Assembly: GCA_963677895.2 (NCBI GenBank)
Contig: CAXXGJ010000025.1
Coordinates: 32,001 to 96,000, forward strand
Length of the DNA stretch: 64,000 nt
Direction of reading: 5' to 3'
Source of the DNA: Treponemataceae bacterium
Lineage (GTDB): Bacteria > Spirochaetota > Spirochaetia > Treponematales > Rectinemataceae
Part shown: positions 37,755 through 46,853 of the stretch, in pieces
How the letters are laid out: every line of letters begins with the position of its first letter
How positions within the stretch are numbered: position 1 is the first letter of the stretch
Position numbers and translations under genes: made by a program
Notes under the pieces: generated by a model
Seen by the model: only the letters and a program-made list of their open reading frames with translations
The model's database searches: none
What the model was told of the DNA's origin: nothing

Positions 37755-40700
37755 TTCTTGTCCTTGTCAGGCTGATTCCCGGTAGGCCCCTGGGCCGTGC
37801 CGGATGAGGAAAAGCCCTTTCTTTCCATCTTGCCCCAACCTTTCGGCTTTTTCATGGCGCTCAGGAAACCGAACACGCGCCACATCGAAAACAGCTGCCT
37901 GGGACCGAAATTCTCGATGAGGGCGATGGCGAGCATCTTCAGAGTATCCTTATACGAGAAATAATAGATCTGCCGCTCAGCGATCAGCACTGAAGCCATG
38001 GAAATGAGGATCCCCATGAAGACGGTCGAGAGGAAAAGAAGAATGGCGAGCTTGGCGCTTATCAAACCGAGAAGAGCCGCCAAGAAGACCATGAAATAGC
38101 CTTGAATCTCAAATAGCGGGCCGATCATCTCGAAAATAAGAAAATACGACATCCCGATCATGCCCATTTTTCCATAGCCGGGATTGAAAATCAGCTTTCT
38201 GTGGAAATACAGTATATCGATGAGCCCTCTATGCCATCTGTCCCTCTGCCGCTTCAGGACATCTATGCTTTCCGGAACCTCCGTCCAGCAGTTGGCGTTA
38301 TAGGCGTAGCTTATCCTGTATTTCTGCTTTTTTTCCCGCATATGCCTGGCCAGCCTCACGACGAGCTCCATGTCTTCTCCCACGGTATCCTTCCCGTACC
38401 TTTCGTTGCTGGTAAGATAGCCGCCTACGCTGACCACCCGCTCCTTCCGGAAAAGACCGAAGGCGCCGGAGATAATGAGAAGCGTATTGATCTGCGCCCA
38501 GCCGAGCCTGCCGCACATGAATGCCCTCAGATATTCGATGGTCTGCAGTTTGGCCAGGTTGTTGGCCGGAAGCGCTATGTGCGTGAGCTTTCCGCGGTCC
38601 ACGCCGCATCCGTTTATGGGGAACACGTTGCCGCCCATCGCGGGCGTCTCCACCCCGTAATCGAGGGTCATGGCGGCGACCTTCAGCAATGAATCGGGCT
38701 CGAGAAGCGAATCGGCGTCTATGCCGCAAAAATATTCCTTGGAAGCGATGTTGATGCCGGCGTTGAGCGAATCGGCTTTCCCGCCGTTGTCCTTGTCCAC
38801 GACGACGAGACGCGGGTAAAGAGGATTCAAATAGATTCCCCTCACCGAAGCCGTCTTCAGCCGCTGTGTGTAATAATAATCCGTCCGCTTGAGACCGTAA
38901 TGGGAAATGAGGCTGTTCAGCGTGCCGTCGCGAGATCCGTCGTTGACGACGACGAGCTCGTAGTCCGGATACTTGAGATTGAGCAGGGAACTCGTGCTCT
39001 CTATGATCGTCTTCTCTTCGTTGAAAGCCGGGGCGATGATGGAGACCGAAGGAAGTATGCGGGGCTTGAAAAGGAAGGACATCGTCTTGAGATTCCAGAG
39101 CCGGGTGGAAGATTTCACCTTCACGGTCGAGAGCAGGAGGAGAACGATATAGATCGCGTTGATCGTCATCGAATACCAGGCAAAGTTATAGTTTACGTCC
39201 ACGACGTAGGTTTTCAGCTGCACGAGCGGCGGGATGGAACCTATCTGGCTGCCATGGCTTAAAAAGTAAATAGCGGGAAAAAACAGAAGCGATCCGATCA
39301 ATATCATATAGAGCCGACGCACCATTTTCCAGTCCCGTTTTTCTTCGCGCTTTTTGACGGGAACCGTGATTCTCCGGAAACCGCATTTCTCGATGAGGCG
39401 ATCGGGAAGATAGAGTCCGCATTCCGTCCTCAGCCTTTCGCTTCCATCGGCTTCTTCGCGTATGATGGCGATTACGGCAGCCTCCAGAGCCTCATCCTTG
39501 TTCAGTTTCAAAAACTCGATGATCTCCGAAACCTTCCCGAGCCGGATGACCTCGCTTATGAGCCGGGCCGACTTTTCCTTCTCCTTCCCCGAGAGTTTGG
39601 TTATGAAATATTCGATCTTTCCAGCCAGGATTTCCGCCAGGCTCTGGACGATGTTCTCGTCGGTCGTTTCCTCGAAAGCTTCGACGACCGATGGAATGAG
39701 CCGCGGATGCTCCATGAGAATCCGCGAGAGGCCAATTTTCGCCGGTATCGCCGTCTGCTCATCTCCGAGATAGCGCAGCAATGTATCGATATTATCCTGG
39801 CTGTTTCCGTCGCCGAGGGAGCGCACCGCGATGGCGCGGATATCCTTGTCTTCATGTTCGAGGAACTCCGTGGAATTCAATACATCGCCATAGAATTTTT
39901 CGATGCACTCGGCCGCTTTCAGCATGAGCCTGTGATGGTTCTCCACGGGGTGTTGGCTCGTGACAAGGAGCTTGAAATGCCTGCAGTAAAAATCCGGCGA
40001 GACGCTGCCCTTGTATTTGCATTGTCTTCGCTGATCGTCGGCGATCGTCTGTCCATGCCTGCAGAAGGCGCAGCATTTTTCGGGACAGCCATGCACCAAA
40101 GCCGAAAGCCGGGCCATCTCGGCCTGCCCCCCGGAGAGCATCGCGACAAGATACTCCTTAAGGTCTTCAGAAATATAGGTGATGGATATATCCAGAAAGA
40201 GCTCGAGTATCTCGCTGTCTTCGCGCCAGAAATATCCGCGCAGATAATCTGAAGCCTCCGGACCGAAGGAAGCGATGAGGAGATTCACTTTATCGCGATA
40301 CCAGCGATGCGCGCCGATCAGGCTCTCTACGAGTACATTCAGGGACCGGGGATCCCCGATTTCGGCTAACGCGTTCGCTATGAACAGCTTGACGGGAAAT
40401 TCCTTTTCGACAAGAAGCGCTTTTTCGAGTGTCGCGCGGGCATCGTCGCTCCTGATCAAGGAAAGTCCCAGAGAGGCTTCCATCCGCTCGTAGCGGCTTT
40501 GATACCTGATTCTTCTCTTGAGGATGGACTCCAGCTTTTCCGACCTGGCCAGGCTGAGAATCCTGAGATGCTCCTTTTCGGGAAGCTGTATGGACTGCTT
40601 CAGCCGCAGGTAATTATCGAAAAGCCTGCTCACTCTTTTCTTGTCCCACTTGGTGCCTGTCTCGAAAAGATGGTTGAGTTGGGCGATTTCCCTTTGTCGC

Positions 40701-40816
40701 CGCTCGTCAGAAAGCGCAAGCCTGGACTTGTTGATCAGCGTCGTCAAAATGATGAAAATATCGAACCAAAGGAAAAAGATAACGGCGAGCAGTATGAATT
40801 CTATCTCGAGATTCAT
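37751..40816 (-). CDS. HEAT-repeat + processive GT2 glycosyltransferase fusion (PgaC/IcaA/cellulose-synthase-like)
   Basis: N-terminal TM helix and HEAT-like repeats; IIAPAFNE, VNDGS, NGGKADSLN, IDADS, GEDMEL, QRDRW (QxxRW); C-terminal TM helices. Confidence 0.88.
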   Translation of the reverse strand: MNLEIEFILLAVIFFLWFDIFIILTTLINKSRLALSDERRQREIAQLNHLFETGTKWDKKRVSRLFDNYLRLKQSIQLPEKEHLRILSLARSEKLESILKRRIRYQSRYERMEASLGLSLIRSDDARATLEKALLVEKEFPVKLFIANALAEIGDPRSLNVLVESLIGAHRWYRDKVNLLIASFGPEASDYLRGYFWREDSEILELFLDISITYISEDLKEYLVAMLSGGQAEMARLSALVHGCPEKCCAFCRHGQTIADDQRRQCKYKGSVSPDFYCRHFKLLVTSQHPVENHHRLMLKAAECIEKFYGDVLNSTEFLEHEDKDIRAIAVRSLGDGNSQDNIDTLLRYLGDEQTAIPAKIGLSRILMEHPRLIPSVVEAFEETTDENIVQSLAEILAGKIEYFITKLSGKEKEKSARLISEVIRLGKVSEIIEFLKLNKDEALEAAVIAIIREEADGSERLRTECGLYLPDRLIEKCGFRRITVPVKKREEKRDWKMVRRLYMILIGSLLFFPAIYFLSHGSQIGSIPPLVQLKTYVVDVNYNFAWYSMTINAIYIVLLLLSTVKVKSSTRLWNLKTMSFLFKPRILPSVSIIAPAFNEEKTIIESTSSLLNLKYPDYELVVVNDGSRDGTLNSLISHYGLKRTDYYYTQRLKTASVRGIYLNPLYPRLVVVDKDNGGKADSLNAGINIASKEYFCGIDADSLLEPDSLLKVAAMTLDYGVETPAMGGNVFPINGCGVDRGKLTHIALPANNLAKLQTIEYLRAFMCGRLGWAQINTLLIISGAFGLFRKERVVSVGGYLTSNERYGKDTVGEDMELVVRLARHMREKKQKYRISYAYNANCWTEVPESIDVLKRQRDRWHRGLIDILYFHRKLIFNPGYGKMGMIGMSYFLIFEMIGPLFEIQGYFMVFLAALLGLISAKLAILLFLSTVFMGILISMASVLIAERQIYYFSYKDTLKMLAIALIENFGPRQLFSMWRVFGFLSAMKKPKGWGKMERKGFSSSGTAQGPTGNQPDKDKK

Positions 40817-42846
40817 CTCCCCGCCCCTGCCGATGTCATATTACGGACAATCCCCAGAAGTTCGGGGAGAAGATAAGGTTTTTTCAGATAATGGTCGATT
40901 CCCAATTTATACGCTCTGGAAACGGATTTTTCATCCTTTCGATGGGACATCAGTATGAAAGGAATATCCTTGGTTCCCGATTTCCTCGAAAGGGCTTCCT
41001 TGAGCATGAGGCCGTCGATCTTGGGAACCATGAGTTCCGAGATGATGAGATCGTAGCCTTCCTCGCTTATTTTTTTCAGGGCTTCGGCGCCGTCTTCGGC
41101 TACGGCGACGGAATAATCGGCATTCTCGAGAAATGTCCTGATGACGCCCGCGTTTACGGCATCGTCGTCGATGATCAAAATTTTCGCCTTGGATTCGACC
41201 TCCGTCCCGACCTCGGACGACGAACATATGGTATCGCCGCCGCGCCGCCGCGCCCAACGCAAACGCCTCAAGCCGATCTCGTAGAGCGAAGCCCCGGCCT
41301 CGGCGGAATCCATGATCGACGACCTGATTTCGGCTATCGCGACGAGGCCGATGGATATGGTGACCGGCTCTATGAAGGACCTGGAGATCTCGACATTCTT
41401 CCTAATTTGCTCGCAGAGATCATTCGCTTCATGGAAGACGATGCGCGGCATCCAGATCGCGAAGGTCGCCCCATGCAGGCGGAAAACAGGCTGGCTCGCT
41501 GTCTTGTGTTCGAGCATGATCCTGGTAACGCCCTTGAGGACAGCCTCCACTTCGCGCGGGCCGTATTGATATTCGATTGTGGAAATAGTGTCATCGATGC
41601 CGATAACGGCCAGGACATCGTCTTCCATCCCTTCCGCGTTCAGCGAAAGCGAGGCTTGCTCGTCGATGAAATTTCGGAAGAAAGCTTCGTTGTATAGTCC
41701 GGTGGTGGTGTCCCGCAGCTGGGATTCGTTCGCTTGGCCGTAAGCCTGCATGAGCTGTTCGTTCAGCTGCCTGAGTCTGGCGACTTCCTGCCCAAGCTCT
41801 TCGAAATTCCGCTCCGATTCCTTCAGGATGGATGCGTATATCCCGGGACGCTTTATGCCGAATTCCTCGCAGAGTTTGGCCACGAAAGGTTCCAGCAGGG
41901 TCAGAGCGGAATGGCCCTGCACCAGATAAATAGTGTCGGCGAGCCTGTTCCACAGGTCCAAGCCCATCGGCGCTGCGTTGACGATGGCGCCGGTCTCAGG
42001 GTCCAATTCAAGCCCAAGCTTGAGGGCAACCGTATCGGCAAACTTCCGGCCATAAACGGCGGAAAAACGCGCCAAAAGCTGCTTGGACGGCTCAAGGGAC
42101 TCACTGGAATCGCCCAGGTTTTTTTTGGGGAAACCCAGCAAAGTGCCGCATTCCAGGGTTCTCAGCGCGTCGATATACGTCTTGATGTCGCGATTGATGA
42201 TCGATCCATGCTGGGGAAGAATGGCGGCGAGTTCGAGACAGGAGAAGATTTCCATTACCGGTCCCAATATTTCGTGGGAGGGCATGTAATGTTCATGGAA
42301 GGTTTTCATCCCATCCAAATAGTCTTTCCCCGCATAGAGCGACCACTCGGGCGTAAAAGCGCCGAAAAGGTCGCTGGAAAGAAGTAATTTAGCCTGTCTA
42401 TCGTAGGTCGCGATCGCGCCGGGAAAATGAAGATAAGCCGTCGGTATGAAGCGCAGCGCTCTCCCCGAGGCAAGGGTGAGAAGATACCCATGCTCATCCA
42501 CCAAGTAGACGGGCGATTGGATCCCATAGAAACGAACAAGCGTCCAGGTTCTCCAGTGCGTTACGATGGTGAAGCGCATTCCGAGCGCCTCTAGGTGAGG
42601 CACCGCCGAAGCGAGATCGGGATCCTGATGGGACAGCACTACATATTTGACTTTTTCGAGCGGTATTATGGAGGCGATATTGGCCGCCACCTCCCCGACA
42701 TCGAGGACCGATCCAGGGTCGAACAGGACGGCTTCTTCTCCCTCGACGAGCAAATAGGGATTGCACTGAAGACTATCGGTTGCGGCCCGGGCGCCGACCC
42801 AGTAATAGCCTGACCCAAGGGATTCGCCCCCGCTTCCTGACGCCAT
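40813..42846 (-). CDS. MBL-fold di-iron (ODP-like) domain + degenerate GGDEF + atypical receiver domain
   Basis: LQCNPYL, FDPGS, SHQDPD, YLHFPG, SSDLFG, PQHG; DTTTGLYN...RLHGATF...VTISIG; IIDDD...DLIISELMVPKIDG; start MASGSGG after AGGAG. Confidence 0.8.
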   Translation of the reverse strand: MASGSGGESLGSGYYWVGARAATDSLQCNPYLLVEGEEAVLFDPGSVLDVGEVAANIASIIPLEKVKYVVLSHQDPDLASAVPHLEALGMRFTIVTHWRTWTLVRFYGIQSPVYLVDEHGYLLTLASGRALRFIPTAYLHFPGAIATYDRQAKLLLSSDLFGAFTPEWSLYAGKDYLDGMKTFHEHYMPSHEILGPVMEIFSCLELAAILPQHGSIINRDIKTYIDALRTLECGTLLGFPKKNLGDSSESLEPSKQLLARFSAVYGRKFADTVALKLGLELDPETGAIVNAAPMGLDLWNRLADTIYLVQGHSALTLLEPFVAKLCEEFGIKRPGIYASILKESERNFEELGQEVARLRQLNEQLMQAYGQANESQLRDTTTGLYNEAFFRNFIDEQASLSLNAEGMEDDVLAVIGIDDTISTIEYQYGPREVEAVLKGVTRIMLEHKTASQPVFRLHGATFAIWMPRIVFHEANDLCEQIRKNVEISRSFIEPVTISIGLVAIAEIRSSIMDSAEAGASLYEIGLRRLRWARRRGGDTICSSSEVGTEVESKAKILIIDDDAVNAGVIRTFLENADYSVAVAEDGAEALKKISEEGYDLIISELMVPKIDGLMLKEALSRKSGTKDIPFILMSHRKDEKSVSRAYKLGIDHYLKKPYLLPELLGIVRNMTSAGAGR

Positions 42847-42994
42847 CGCGTACTCCTGCCCTACTGATGTTATAGTTTGGCTCAATTCACGGCATAACAC
42901 CGCTATCCCGTGATAATACAGCGTTCAACTTCAATAATAATGCATAATGATACGCTTAGTAAGGCTTTTTACTGTTTGTCCCTGCATATTTCAT

Positions 42995-43023
42995 TTGACA
43001 GCAAAAAAGGGCAAGGGTATGCT
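42995..43023 (+). promoter_or_regulatory. sigma70 promoter for cstA
   Basis: TTGACA-17 nt-TATGCT. Confidence 0.65.
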
Positions 43024-43051
43024 ACTTTATCCGTTTTTGCAGGAGGACTGC

Positions 43052-44752
43052 ATGAGTACTATCATTGCCTTGGCCGCGATCGCAATCTATGTCGTTTTCT
43101 ACTTCACCTACGGCAAAAAGATCCGCGACAACGTGCTCAAGAGCGAAAAAGCCCCCGAGGCCCCATCGAAGAGGCTATCGGATGGCGTCGACTACGTTCC
43201 GACGTCCAAGTACGTCCTGTTCGGCCATCACTTCGCCTCGATAGCCGGAGCGGGACCGATCACCGGCCCGGCTATGGCCGTGGCTTGGGGCTGGCTCCCC
43301 GGCTTGCTGTGGATCTGGTTCGGCAACATCTTCCTTGGCGCCATCCACGACTACCTCTCGCTCGTGGCCTCCGTCCGTTATGACGGTCGCTCGATGCAGT
43401 TCGTAGCCCAGGATGTGATCGGGAAGAAAGCCGGCAAGACCTTCAGCTGGTTCATTCTCTTCCTCACCATCCTCGTCGTGGCGGCTTTCGGCGACATCGT
43501 CGCGGGACAGTTCGCCGCTGACGGACGCGTATTCTTCTCCTTCGTCTTCTTCTGCGTAGCGGCCTTCGTCGCCGGCTTCGCCATGTACAGATCCAAGCTG
43601 GGCTTGGGAAAGGGCACACTGATCGGCCTCGCCCTCATCATCGTGGCCTTTTTCTGCGGAAACCTGCTCCCCGTAAAGTGGGCTAAGGATGTCTACTTTC
43701 TCATCATCTTCGTCTACATCGTCCTCGCGTCGACCTTGCCGGTCAACCTGCTTCTGCAGCCGCGCGACTACCTCTCCTCTTTCTTCCTCTATTTCGGCCT
43801 CATCGTCGGCGGTTACGCCGCTATCTCGAGCGGCAAAGCCCTGGACGCCATCCCGGCCTTCACGACCTTCAGCGCCAAGCTGATCGGCCCCGCCGGCAAC
43901 CTCCAGCCCTCGCCCTTCTGGCCCTGCGTGCCGCTCATCATAGCCTGCGGCGCCCTTTCTGGATTCCATTCTCTCGTGGCGGCCGGAACCTCTTCCAAGC
44001 AGCTTAGAGAGGAAAAAGACGCTCTCTTTGTCGGTTATGGCGCCATGCTCGTAGAAGGCTTCCTCGCCACCCTCGTCCTGATTTCTATCGCCGGATGGGG
44101 CGTCCTCGCGATGGGCGACAAGGTGATGGCCACGCCTGCCCTTGGCCGCTTCGTCAATTCCTTCGCCAAGATGGTCAGCATGCAGATTCCCTTCATGGGC
44201 GAAAGCTTCATGAGACTTTTCGCCGCGGTCTGGGTATCCACCTTCGCACTCACGACTCTCGACACGACGAACCGCCTCGGCCGCTACATCATGCAGGAAA
44301 TGGCCGAACCCTTGAAGGACAAGAGCCCAGTAATCTACGGCATCTTCCACAACAAGTGGGTAGCCTCCATACTCATCGCCTTCATCGGCCTCTTCCTCGC
44401 GCGCTCCGGCGGCTACACGGTCATATGGCCGGCATTCTCCGGCGCCAACCAGCTTCTGGCCTCGGTCGCCATGCTCACTGTCGCCATCTGGGTCAACAAG
44501 AAGCTCAACGCGAAGTTCGTCCTCGCGACGGTGCTTCCCGCCCTGCTGCTCTGGGTGACCGTCGTCTGCGCCCTTGTCTGGTATGAAATCGTGATCATCC
44601 CCGTATTCTTCATCGATATGGCCAAAACCATGAACGTCATCACCGGCACTGTGGTCGGCGTCATGAACCTTTTGATGATCATCCTCTCCTTCGTGATGCT
44701 GTTCGCGTTCAGGAAACAGTGGAACGCGAAAAACGCGATGGAAAAAGCCTGA
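43052..44752 (+). CDS. cstA: Carbon starvation protein A family transporter
   Basis: DGVDYVPT, LFGHHFASIAGAGPI, LLQPRDY, IACGALSGFHSL, TTLDTTNRLGRY, WPAFSGANQLLA; AGGAGG RBS. Confidence 0.93.
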   Translation: MSTIIALAAIAIYVVFYFTYGKKIRDNVLKSEKAPEAPSKRLSDGVDYVPTSKYVLFGHHFASIAGAGPITGPAMAVAWGWLPGLLWIWFGNIFLGAIHDYLSLVASVRYDGRSMQFVAQDVIGKKAGKTFSWFILFLTILVVAAFGDIVAGQFAADGRVFFSFVFFCVAAFVAGFAMYRSKLGLGKGTLIGLALIIVAFFCGNLLPVKWAKDVYFLIIFVYIVLASTLPVNLLLQPRDYLSSFFLYFGLIVGGYAAISSGKALDAIPAFTTFSAKLIGPAGNLQPSPFWPCVPLIIACGALSGFHSLVAAGTSSKQLREEKDALFVGYGAMLVEGFLATLVLISIAGWGVLAMGDKVMATPALGRFVNSFAKMVSMQIPFMGESFMRLFAAVWVSTFALTTLDTTNRLGRYIMQEMAEPLKDKSPVIYGIFHNKWVASILIAFIGLFLARSGGYTVIWPAFSGANQLLASVAMLTVAIWVNKKLNAKFVLATVLPALLLWVTVVCALVWYEIVIIPVFFIDMAKTMNVITGTVVGVMNLLMIILSFVMLFAFRKQWNAKNAMEKA

Positions 44753-44830
44753 CCGATTAATTCGGGTCTGGCGGCGCGTTCATGACGCCTCGCGTCGAAG
44801 ACGCGCCGCCGGATAAGTCAGCCAAAGTCC

Positions 44831-44862
44831 AGCCGGACGGCATCGAGCCGTCCGGCTTTTTT
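44831..44862 (+). terminator. Intrinsic terminator after cstA
   Basis: AGCCGGACGGC-atcga-GCCGTCCGGCT followed by a T-run. Confidence 0.85.
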
Positions 44863-44886
44863 ACGGATACGGAGATTTGCGCAAGC

Positions 44887-44915
44887 TTGCTGATAAAAGT
44901 CCGCGGTAGTATAGT
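44887..44915 (+). promoter_or_regulatory. Putative sigma70 promoter for the ArsA-like subcluster
   Basis: TTGCTG-17 nt-TATAGT immediately after the cstA terminator. Confidence 0.5.
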
Positions 44916-44972
44916 CATGGGTGTTCCCGAAGGAACGGGCGGTCAAAGATACTAATTTTCAAGGGAGTCGAG

Positions 44973-45254
44973 ATGCCTCAAAGTATCGGACATATCATCA
45001 AATCGGCAATCCATATCGCCACCCAGATAAACCGAGAAAGGGCAACCGGCCTTATCGAATTCGAAGAAAAGGAACTCGAGAATATTTTCGCGCTCCTTAT
45101 CCTAGGCGGTTTCGCGGGGCTTCCCTCCCCCCCCTCCCCGATAGCCATCGAACTGCTTCCCTATATGGAAAAAGAGCTCATAATGCTGCTATCGCGAACC
45201 GATCTGGCACAGGATCCCATCGGGGTTCTCGCCGGCATGTTCGAGATGGGCTAA
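44973..45254 (+). CDS. Small conserved hypothetical protein of the type found between cstA and arsA-like genes
   Basis: 93 aa; ELENIFALLILGGFAGLPSPP...ELLPY; GGAG RBS; position between cstA and the ATPase. Confidence 0.7.
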   Translation: MPQSIGHIIKSAIHIATQINRERATGLIEFEEKELENIFALLILGGFAGLPSPPSPIAIELLPYMEKELIMLLSRTDLAQDPIGVLAGMFEMG

Positions 45255-45267
45255 GGTAGGAGCCATC

Positions 45268-46215
45268 ATGAACAGCACGGCTTTTTTCCTGGGCAAGGGC
45301 GGAGTAGGCAAGACCACCCTTTCGAGCGCCTTTGCCCTCACGCTCGCCAGACGAGGCGCTAAAGTGCTCATCGCCTCGCTCGACCCGGCGCACAATCTGG
45401 GCGACGCCCTCGACATAAGCCTGAACGGCAACGTCAAGACGGTCGAGCCTAACTTGGACGCCCTCGAGGTCGATCTCGCCTATTGGGTGGACAAATACCT
45501 CGACGACAGCCGCAAACAGCTGAAAGCCAATTATTCCTACAATGTCACGCTGAACCTGGACTCTTTCTTCAACATCCTGAAGTATTCGCCCGGCACTGAG
45601 GAATACGCCGTGCTTTGGGCGATTGAGGATATCCACTGCAGGCTTGGCCCTCTCTACGACATCGTCGTCTTCGATACGCCGCCCACGGCCCTCTCCCTGC
45701 GCTTTCTCTCCCTGCCCACGATTTCGGGGCTCTGGGTCAAGGAACTGAGCAAGCTGAGAGAAAAAATCCTCGCGAAACGGCAGACGATCACCCGCCTCAA
45801 TCCCGAATCCCCCGTCGCCGCGAGCTGCGTCGACAAGGATGACGACAAGGTATACGGACAGCTCAACACTATCGGGGCAAGACTCCGAAAACTGGAGCAC
45901 CTCTTCGCCAAGGAAAGTTTCCTCAGCGTCATCGTTAACCCGGACCAGCTCTCGGTCGATGAAGCCTTGCGGATCCAGGATGAACTGACCAAGTTGGGTA
46001 TTCCGCTATCGGCGGTCTGCGTCAACAAGCAGGGCGTGTCCGATATGATATGGGAGCAGAATCCCTCCCTTGCCCGATATCCGCAGTTCATCTACGATTT
46101 TTCGCGCGGAGGCATTTCGACGAGGGAGAACCTCCTCACTATCGGCGCCGGACCTATCGCGGATCACTTCCTGAAAACCGTTCAAAATCCAACAACCGAG
46201 AGGAAGAAAAAGTAA
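45268..46215 (+). CDS. ArsA/Get3-family ATPase (single domain)
   Basis: Deviant Walker A GKGGVGKTT, SLDPAHNL, PGTEEYA, FDTPPT, VCVNK. Confidence 0.88.
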   Translation: MNSTAFFLGKGGVGKTTLSSAFALTLARRGAKVLIASLDPAHNLGDALDISLNGNVKTVEPNLDALEVDLAYWVDKYLDDSRKQLKANYSYNVTLNLDSFFNILKYSPGTEEYAVLWAIEDIHCRLGPLYDIVVFDTPPTALSLRFLSLPTISGLWVKELSKLREKILAKRQTITRLNPESPVAASCVDKDDDKVYGQLNTIGARLRKLEHLFAKESFLSVIVNPDQLSVDEALRIQDELTKLGIPLSAVCVNKQGVSDMIWEQNPSLARYPQFIYDFSRGGISTRENLLTIGAGPIADHFLKTVQNPTTERKKK

Positions 46216-46841
46216 TGGAAACGACATATTTGATTCCGCTTCTGCTTCTGGGCATCGCCGGCAGCACACAGTATTTCCTGGGTTCCAAGAAAAACAGATG
46301 GCTCGGGAAGCAAATGTCCATCCAGGCCGAAAACGTCTTCAAACCCAGGGATACGGAGTACGTCAATATCGGGGGCGTGATAGGCCACAACTTCATATAC
46401 AAGCTCCGCGATCCCTGGAAAGAAGCCAAGGGATCGTTCATCTTCATCCCCAGACATTCTCTCCTCTACGTTCCCTTTTCTTACCTCATCGGCAGCCGCG
46501 ACCGTTTCCTCTTCAACCTTTTCACGGACAAGAAACTGGCGGGAGAAGGCCATATCGTGGAGAAGAGCCATCTCAGGCGCACGAAGATCGACGGCATAGC
46601 GCAGATGGAACGCGAGGAAATTGAATGCGGAGGCAAGACCTTCGTTCTCCTCTGGCGAGATGCCGCCATGCTTGCCGCCTTGAAAAGGACCCTTGAGGCC
46701 ATGCCCGATCCCGCGACGCTCGCGCATTTCTGCTGTTACGACGACAATAAAACTTTTTTCCTGTATCTGAAGCCCCGCAAGGGAGCGATCGAGGCGAATC
46801 TTAAAAAATTCCTGGAACTCTGCCCCGAGTATTTCCGATAA
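46215..46841 (+). CDS. Hypothetical protein with N-terminal membrane anchor
   Basis: ATG overlaps the ATPase stop (TAATG); 208 aa; hydrophobic N-terminus; PRHSLLYVPF. Confidence 0.7.
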   Translation: METTYLIPLLLLGIAGSTQYFLGSKKNRWLGKQMSIQAENVFKPRDTEYVNIGGVIGHNFIYKLRDPWKEAKGSFIFIPRHSLLYVPFSYLIGSRDRFLFNLFTDKKLAGEGHIVEKSHLRRTKIDGIAQMEREEIECGGKTFVLLWRDAAMLAALKRTLEAMPDPATLAHFCCYDDNKTFFLYLKPRKGAIEANLKKFLELCPEYFR

Positions 46842-46853
46842 AAGGAGGCCGCG

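Noticed and set aside
41200..41720. Active diguanylate cyclase
   Set aside because: The signature motif is degenerate (RLHGATF), so catalytic activity is unlikely.
45268..46215. Arsenical resistance ATPase arsA
   Set aside because: Single domain, altered DTAPTGH signature, and no arsB/acr3/arsC/arsD/arsR neighbours, so the gene symbol is withheld.
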